DNA of 64,000 nt from assembly GCA_051530055.1 (NCBI GenBank), contig CM121341.1:12440784-12504783 (forward strand). The letters run 5' to 3'. The notes under the pieces are model-generated. The model saw nothing but the letters and a program-made list of their open reading frames with translations, was not told the DNA's origin and searched no databases. The position numbers and the translations under genes are program-made. Origin of the DNA: Neoechinorhynchus agilis. Taxonomy: Eukaryota > Animalia > Acanthocephala. Positions 57,751-64,000 of this stretch are shown here, piece by piece; the first letter of the stretch is position 1; the number at the start of each line of letters is the position of its first letter.

Positions 57751-58809
57751 TTAATCATCAAACACAGTTTTAACCTGCTCATAATACTTCTTTTTGTTTT
57801 CCTCCAGGGTATCCAACATCGGTTCCATGTACTCCTTAAACTTATCAGCCGTCATTACTCCTACTCTCGTCTTACCAACCGCGAAGGCTGAAGCTGCTCT
57901 TGGTTTGTTGTCGATCAATGCCAATTCGCCAAAGTAATCTCCTTTTTTGATTTCCTTGACAGTTCTCGCAAGCCCCTTCAATTCCATTTCGATTCTCACG
58001 ATTCCATCTTCCACAAAATACATACAATCGGCATCCTCTCCTTGCCTAAAAATACAATCACCGTCTTCATAGATCTCCTGTTTAACCGAATTCAGTAAGT
58101 AAATTTTGCTGTTAAGATCAAGGCCGTTAAATAAAGGAATAGAAGTCATTGCATTTTCGTACAACTTGTCCCGTTCTTTAGCCGTTAGCACTACTTTTCT
58201 TCTAAACGTCCTCCTGTCAATCGTCCAAAGCATCCCATCGGTTTCTGCCTTTATTGTTGCATTTCTAGGAGTATTGAAAATCAGAGCTAATTCTCCGAAA
58301 CATCCAGTGTTTATAAATTCATGCACTATATTATCATTTGCTACAACTTGGAACTTTCCATTGTCAATAACGTAAAAATTATCACCTTTTTCACCTTGCT
58401 TAATGAGTACAGTACCTGCCTTTACGCTTAGCGGTTCAAGGGCATCAATAATTTGTTCCAACTGCTCGATTCTAAGGTTCGCACATAAATAAAATGCCCG
58501 GAGTTTCGTTCTGATAACTGCCCGCTGCTCTTCAGTCTTTTCAAAGATAGGATCACTGTCGGTGTCTTCATCTTCTTCTATCGAACTCTCCATGTATGCA
58601 CGCCGAGTCACATTTCCATAATCTGGTTCAATTTCAAAACTATCCTCTCGATCTGCGAGCCTAGAAGCTGCATAATCGAACGCTATCTTATTCATATCAA
58701 CTCCAGCGTCCATTGCAGAGTTTTCCAATAAGTATCGTATTAAGCCAAGTAAGTAATCAGCAATCGCATCCGGGACGTCGTAATCTTGAGGCGAATTGTC
58801 AGAATTCAT
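57751..58809 (-). CDS. PRKAR2: cAMP-dependent protein kinase regulatory subunit, type II-like, intronless
   Basis: N-terminal D/D-like helices, TRRAY inhibitor-site position, acidic linker, EKTEEQR, and two cyclic-nucleotide cassettes FGELALIFNTPRNAT and FGELALIDNKPRAAS. Confidence 0.9.
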   Translation of the reverse strand: MNSDNSPQDYDVPDAIADYLLGLIRYLLENSAMDAGVDMNKIAFDYAASRLADREDSFEIEPDYGNVTRRAYMESSIEEDEDTDSDPIFEKTEEQRAVIRTKLRAFYLCANLRIEQLEQIIDALEPLSVKAGTVLIKQGEKGDNFYVIDNGKFQVVANDNIVHEFINTGCFGELALIFNTPRNATIKAETDGMLWTIDRRTFRRKVVLTAKERDKLYENAMTSIPLFNGLDLNSKIYLLNSVKQEIYEDGDCIFRQGEDADCMYFVEDGIVRIEMELKGLARTVKEIKKGDYFGELALIDNKPRAASAFAVGKTRVGVMTADKFKEYMEPMLDTLEENKKKYYEQVKTVFDD

Positions 58810-59019
58810 TCTAGAATTTTATTAGCAAATAAAGAAGGCTATCCCGGTTGCCATGGATATGCATGCGATCTGTTTTATGTCGATGATTTTCGCTGATCAT
58901 TTCAAGAGTATTAGAGTCGTCGATCGATTGGAGCGTAACGGCATTGAGGAAGCTGCACAGGAGCCACAGTCGTTTTTCAGGCCAGGATAAGCGCGTCGTG
59001 CTAGGTCGTTATTGATTTT

Positions 59020-59660
59020 CCGCCGTCTCTTAATACAATCAAAATAGTTTTCCACAAGGTGGCGTTAAGTCTCTCGCATTGCCCGTTTGCTTGTGGTCGA
59101 TAGGACGTAGTATGACTTATACATATCTTGAGATTTTAGCCAGTCGCGAAGAACGCGGGACGTGAAACAAGCGCCTCGATCAGAGTGAATATAAGCCGGG
59201 CAGCCAAACAAGGCAAATATTTGCTGCAGGCAGGATTTGACGATTTCAGTGGACGTATCCCGACATGCGAACGCTATTGGGAAACGTGAAAATTCGTCGA
59301 TAGCGACGAACAAGTATTTGTGTCCCTGAGTAGACGTTGGTAGGGGACCTTTAAAATCCACCGAGATCCTCACCATAGGTGCTGTTGCTTTAATGAGCTC
59401 TAGATCATTTTGAGGCTTGAAAAAATGCGGCTTAAATTCACAACCTACGCGACAATCGGAGGTGATTTGTCGAACTCCGTTAAGGGTGTAAGGTAGATTA
59501 TTCTGCTGAATGAAGTGAAATAGCCGAGTACTGCCAGGATGACATAAGTATCGATGAATTCCCTTCCGTCGATCGAGGGATACTCTGGATACAACACATA
59601 CATTTTTAGGAAGGGCATCTGCCGATAAGTTTTCATTTCCAGGCCGATATTGAATATTCT
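59020..59660 (-). mobile_element. Gypsy integrase fragment (family related to 24497-28394)
   Basis: HPGSTRL...C...C zinc motif, VDFKGPLP...AIDEFSRFP...IHSDRG; frameshifted, no LTR seen. Confidence 0.85.
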
Positions 59661-61269
59661 ATGAAACCCGTATTCAAAAAATTAAGGATAATTAAATACT
59701 ATAAAAGTTCCGAAAACTTGAACCGAGTGTAGATTTATGTAGATTCGCAAAATTCATTGTTTTCATTCATTATAGATCCTCATTTATATTTTCCAATAAT
59801 ATGAACTTTCTTAAAATTATTCGTAAAAGAGCTCGAAAACTGGTTATTTCGATTTTCAAGTGTTAAGCCAAAAATGACTAAATTCAGACGTTTTCTAAGT
59901 TAGTATAAACACTGTCATATATTGAGCGATTTGCTTATTCAGTTGAATATTTTCGAATTCCGAGTCGAATATGTGCTTGCGTCAACAGTAAAAAAATCTG
60001 TAAAATGCAATTTGGAAGATAATTTAGATAAATTTACCCGATTGAAATATTTCAGACAGAGAAATAAAATATGGATTTTATGTTTTTTGTATTTTAGAAT
60101 AATCACGGATGCAAGAATGATGGATAATTATTGGAAAAAATTTACGATGATAGGAATTTTCACCCCAGACTCCCATATGGTTAATACTTTTTACGATTAC
60201 AATGTGAGTCATAGAAAGCTCCACAAACTCACATAGAACGGAGATTAAATAAGGAATACTTTTGTTTATTTTAGGATCTAAAATAAATGAGATTTTTATC
60301 TATTATCTGCGTCGGATCCGCTGCCTTGACCATCTTTCAACATTTTAAGCACAAATAATTTTATTAATAAATTACGTTGCAACTTTCGCTGCTGGAATTA
60401 AAAATAATTCCATAACCAAGATGTCCTTTATACTGTTGAAAGAGGCGCTCTTTATACTTGTATGATTTTCAAACAATTCGATTATTATTGATAGTCGTTT
60501 TCGAGAGGCAAAGTCACTTGTTCGATTATAGAGAATCGATTAAATTACTAAATGTTCGAGAATAATGATCCGTTAAAAAATTAATTTCAACGAAATTTTC
60601 TCCAAGGGAATTTTTACGCTTAGAGACCCAACAAAAACGTCAAGTCATTGACGCCATTTTTTTCAACATTTGAGGAAGTGTAGATTGTAAACACTTTTTG
60701 CAAATGCATTAAAATTCATGCACTTTATCATCGATCTACTCGTTAACTACACTAAGTATCTCATAAAATGCTTAAAAGTTTAAAATGAAGCCACATCACA
60801 TTTTTCATTAATCGAAGAAACTTCAAACTTGCGGAAATTTTAAAATTGTTTGATATTGTAAATAAATTTGATAATTTTTTCTTCTTCGATCCAAGGAAAG
60901 CTATTTCCCTCAGTAGTGCAAACTACGTATGGAGGTTTGAATTGGTTTAAGAAGGAAAATTTCTATAAAACTCTCGAGCATACACGAGTTTAAACGTGAA
61001 TTTTTGGTTCATTGAGTGTTTAGCAACCAAAATGCGCTAACGAATGTCTGAGATTCGCAGCAACGGGTTCGATCGGCTGCTGCTGACTCCTTGTGCCGTA
61101 GCCTTGCGGCTGGCTCGCAAAATATAATCTCTGGCTTTGGGTCACTGGAAAATCTGATTCAAATTGATTTATTTTAGTAATTTCAAATTTTTGGGTTTGT
61201 TAAAAAAAATATTTAAATCCAAAAATAAGTTTCACCAGAAAATGCTACAATTTGTTGTCTTCAAATGTT

Positions 61270-61950
61270 ATGTTTGTTCGGCAGCTTCCTTGATGGCCGC
61301 GGCATTGCCGCGTTGGATACCATTATTCGCGTTCTTCATAAATGTTTGCTAACTGCAAATACTTATTATTGAAAACTAAAATATCTTTTGTTGCAAGCTC
61401 TCCGAATTCGTCACAGAAACATTAACCGGCTACTGTCTTTATGTGCGAAGAAATCCGCTGATATTCGCGGAACGCTCTCTAATGCTCTTACTGCGTGGAG
61501 CGTTGTTGCGTGTAGCTAACCTTTTTAAAAATTATTATTGCTGAATTTAACGTCGATAGTACTTTGTATAGTTGATAAGATCCTCGGTTATTATTTACAG
61601 TCAACAAACGATCCAGTAACTTGTGCCAATGCCGTTCAAGGAACTTATTAAGAAGCAAACGATGAAAAGGCTCGACTTTTGCTACACAAATGCTCATGTA
61701 AATCTGATACATCCGGATTCATGCGAAGACAAAAATAGATTTTCGAAATCAAATCTTCGCTCTGACCGTTCCAACATTGTCGTCGGTTAATGACATTCAA
61801 TTATAATGAAAACTGTCAATATCTGGTATATCAACTGCAATTGCGGCATAGATTTTCCTAAAAGTTTGTGCAGCTCGCAGCCACAATCGCATCTTCGGGA
61901 CGTTCTGCATCCTTAATTCGCTTTAGAAAATCCTTTGTCTGATCAGTTAT
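61270..61950 (-). mobile_element. Possible CRE-like C-terminal remnant (zinc knuckle/RLE)
   Basis: Fragments RCDCGCELHKL and GIQRGNAAAI resemble CRE C-terminal motifs; heavily decayed. Confidence 0.35.
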
Positions 61951-62089
61951 TAAACGAGGGATATTCACAGACTGCAATATTCTCGAGCTCTCCACGACGC
62001 CTCAACGTAGTTGTCGTTGCCAAATCGAAATGTGTCCTTTCCAAATCATATCGACTGGTAAAATTGTATTAAAAATCGAATATTGAATT

Positions 62090-62350
62090 TTGGACGGTAT
62101 AATCCTTAAGAACGAAGACCAGGAGCGAATCGATAACGATGTAACTGAGCAGCAAACTGAATTCGAGAAGCGGGCATTTCAAGAAGGCCAAGAAGTATGG
62201 TTTAAAAGGGAACTGAATAGCAAATGGAGGAGGGGGAAGTAATGAAACACACGAACCGCTGTGTTACATCGTAAAGGACGAGGATGGGAGATGCAAAAGA
62301 GCTCGCGGAAATTTAATGCGAGAGCGAGGAGAAAATCAGACTAACGAAAG
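62090..62350 (+). mobile_element. Gypsy integrase C-terminal remnant
   Basis: RAFQEGQEVWFK...KWRRG followed by a decayed Y.V...G...R.R..L pattern. Confidence 0.45.
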
Positions 62351-62429
62351 GGCTGCAATGCCAAGCGAGGAGGAAAATCGTCTTCTCGGTAACGCTTCAT
62401 CGCTGTGTCAAAGCTTCATCGCTGTTTAG

Positions 62430-64000
62430 CGTTCCGAACTCACATATCAGACGAACTCCCAAATCAGACGAACTCACATATTTAAAAGCTTACAAACAAA
62501 AAACTTGCGAAACAATTCCGCTCCACAACAGCCACCAAATCGTTCGTATCGGTCAACTCCTTGTCCCCACGATCAACGTCGTCACACGATCTAACGTCGT
62601 AAACACTTGCAAACAATGCCGAGGCCAAAGCGCCCAACCACCAAGCTCGTTCCCTGCGACATGGACGATTGCCCTGTTACAACTCAAATATACGTCTCAG
62701 TTACTTGGGCAGCAGCCGGAAATTAATCTGCGGTTTCCGTGCAGCCGCCTTGCTCAAACCTTGTTCTCCGGTTTCCCCCTTCCCACTAAGTACTCTAACC
62801 CTAACCGCTCCCAAACCCCCAAATCCCAACCCCTTCCATCTTCAGTTTCCTCACCCCAAACCACCTCTTCTCCCTCGCTTCACTCTCCAAATCCTTTCCA
62901 CCCACCCTTTGCTGTCTCCGCCCTCCAAAACTCCTCTCCACACTCTAATTCGACTTTTCATCAACAGCCTTCTCCCCTAATTAATTCCGTTCCTATCGTC
63001 TCTCACACCCTTTTCCCTCGTCCCTGCACTCTAAGTCTCACTCTGCTCCACCATTAAAACCGAACCCCCCTTCCTCCTCGGCCTCATCTAAATCCTCCAC
63101 CTCCTCTCTAGCACCCCGTACTGCAAGAAAAAACCATAAACTCCTTCCGTCCACCCACGAATCCCGAACTACCCCATCGGTCAACTTCCATCCCTTCTCT
63201 CTCTGCGCAGCTTCAACCCTCTCCGTCAGTGTCCACCCTTCATGTCCCTTCTAAACATCCCTTTCCAATAATCTTTTATTCTAACATCCACAGCCTCCTC
63301 CCCAAACTGGATGAGCTCCATATAGTGGCCTCTTCTTGCAACGCCGACATCCTTGTAATTACAGAAACATGGCTCTCACCCCATAGTAAATTATCTGTCT
63401 ACCTTCCAAACTTTCAAGCTTTTCACCTCACAAGGAACTTCCGAAACGGGGGAAGCATATCGATCTTCATCCGCGCCTCTTTCCCTTACCATTGCTCTTC
63501 ACCCTACCTTTTCATCTCCGACGATCTTGAATCGCTACCCATCCAACTTCATCGCCCAATCTGCAATGGCCAACGTGAGATCTCTATCGCTGGCCATTAT
63601 CGCCCTCCTTCCTTCTTCAACAAATGGACCACCTATTTACTGGCCTACTTTCCACTACCACAGATCACTTCATCATATTGGGCGATTTTAACAAACTGCC
63701 GATTCCGCCCTAGCTCTCTCATCTTTCCCAACTCGTTACTTTCCCCGCACGCTGCTCCTCCCGCCTTGATAAAATTTTCTCAAACATCAGGCAATACTCG
63801 TGCACTACCAAACTCCCCCCGATCGCCTCGTCTGACCATTGTTCCATCCTTCTCTCCCCCTCATCACCTCAAAAACGTTCCTTTCCCGACCTCTGCGTTG
63901 TCTGGGATAAACGTGATCATCATACCCAATCTTTTGCTGTATGTGTCAATTCTCTTATCACGCAAAATCGCTCTACCATCTTTGGCACCGGCCCCCCGAT
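62430..64000 (+). mobile_element. L2/CR1-like LINE 5' portion (S/P-rich ORF1 and AP endonuclease), running off the window
   Basis: YSNIHSLLPKLDEL, DILVITETWL, NGGSISIFIR, GHYRPP, GDF; C/T-rich sense strand; frameshifted. Confidence 0.8.

Noticed and set aside
1-64000. Alternative nuclear genetic code
   Set aside because: Conserved genes (CA, KAS, TRIM-NHL, PKA-R, TSEN2) translate without internal stops under the standard code once introns are removed.

Overview
Eukaryotic, almost certainly metazoan, DNA from a compact AT-rich genome. Most spliceosomal introns I could reconstruct are about 30-65 nt. It is not prokaryotic, and no CRISPR, rRNA or tRNA gene was found. Layout: (1) 1-5362, the right end of a 121/126-bp satellite array. 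(2) 7.2-22.3 kb, tightly packed genes: an unknown helical protein, a head-to-head pair of alpha-carbonic anhydrases whose 3' ~780 bp are nearly identical, an unknown gene, a SOL/calpain-15-like protease, a beta-ketoacyl-ACP synthase and a claudin-like protein. (3) 22.4-41.9 kb, a tandemly duplicated unit carrying a Gln/Asn-rich gene and a hAT element, with many retroelement insertions (intact-boundary Gypsy, CRE, L2/CR1-like, Penelope-like, R2/NeSL-like, RTE). (4) 42-59 kb, genes again: MSP/VAP-like, multi-C2, a cluster of about 10 small Cys/Pro/Gly/Met-rich genes, TRIM-NHL, TSEN2, an unknown basic protein and a PKA RII-like subunit. (5) 59-64 kb, TE remnants. The best candidate for an undescribed system is the same-strand cluster of microprotein genes at 46.0-50.3 kb and 54.1-54.6 kb. 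Most begin with an N-myristoylation signal, carry Cys clusters and two shared Pro motifs, lack signal peptides, and have a 3' splice acceptor just upstream of the ATG. Three members are missing from the ORF track. Gene models, splice sites and identity estimates were derived by eye, so boundaries are approximate unless stated.
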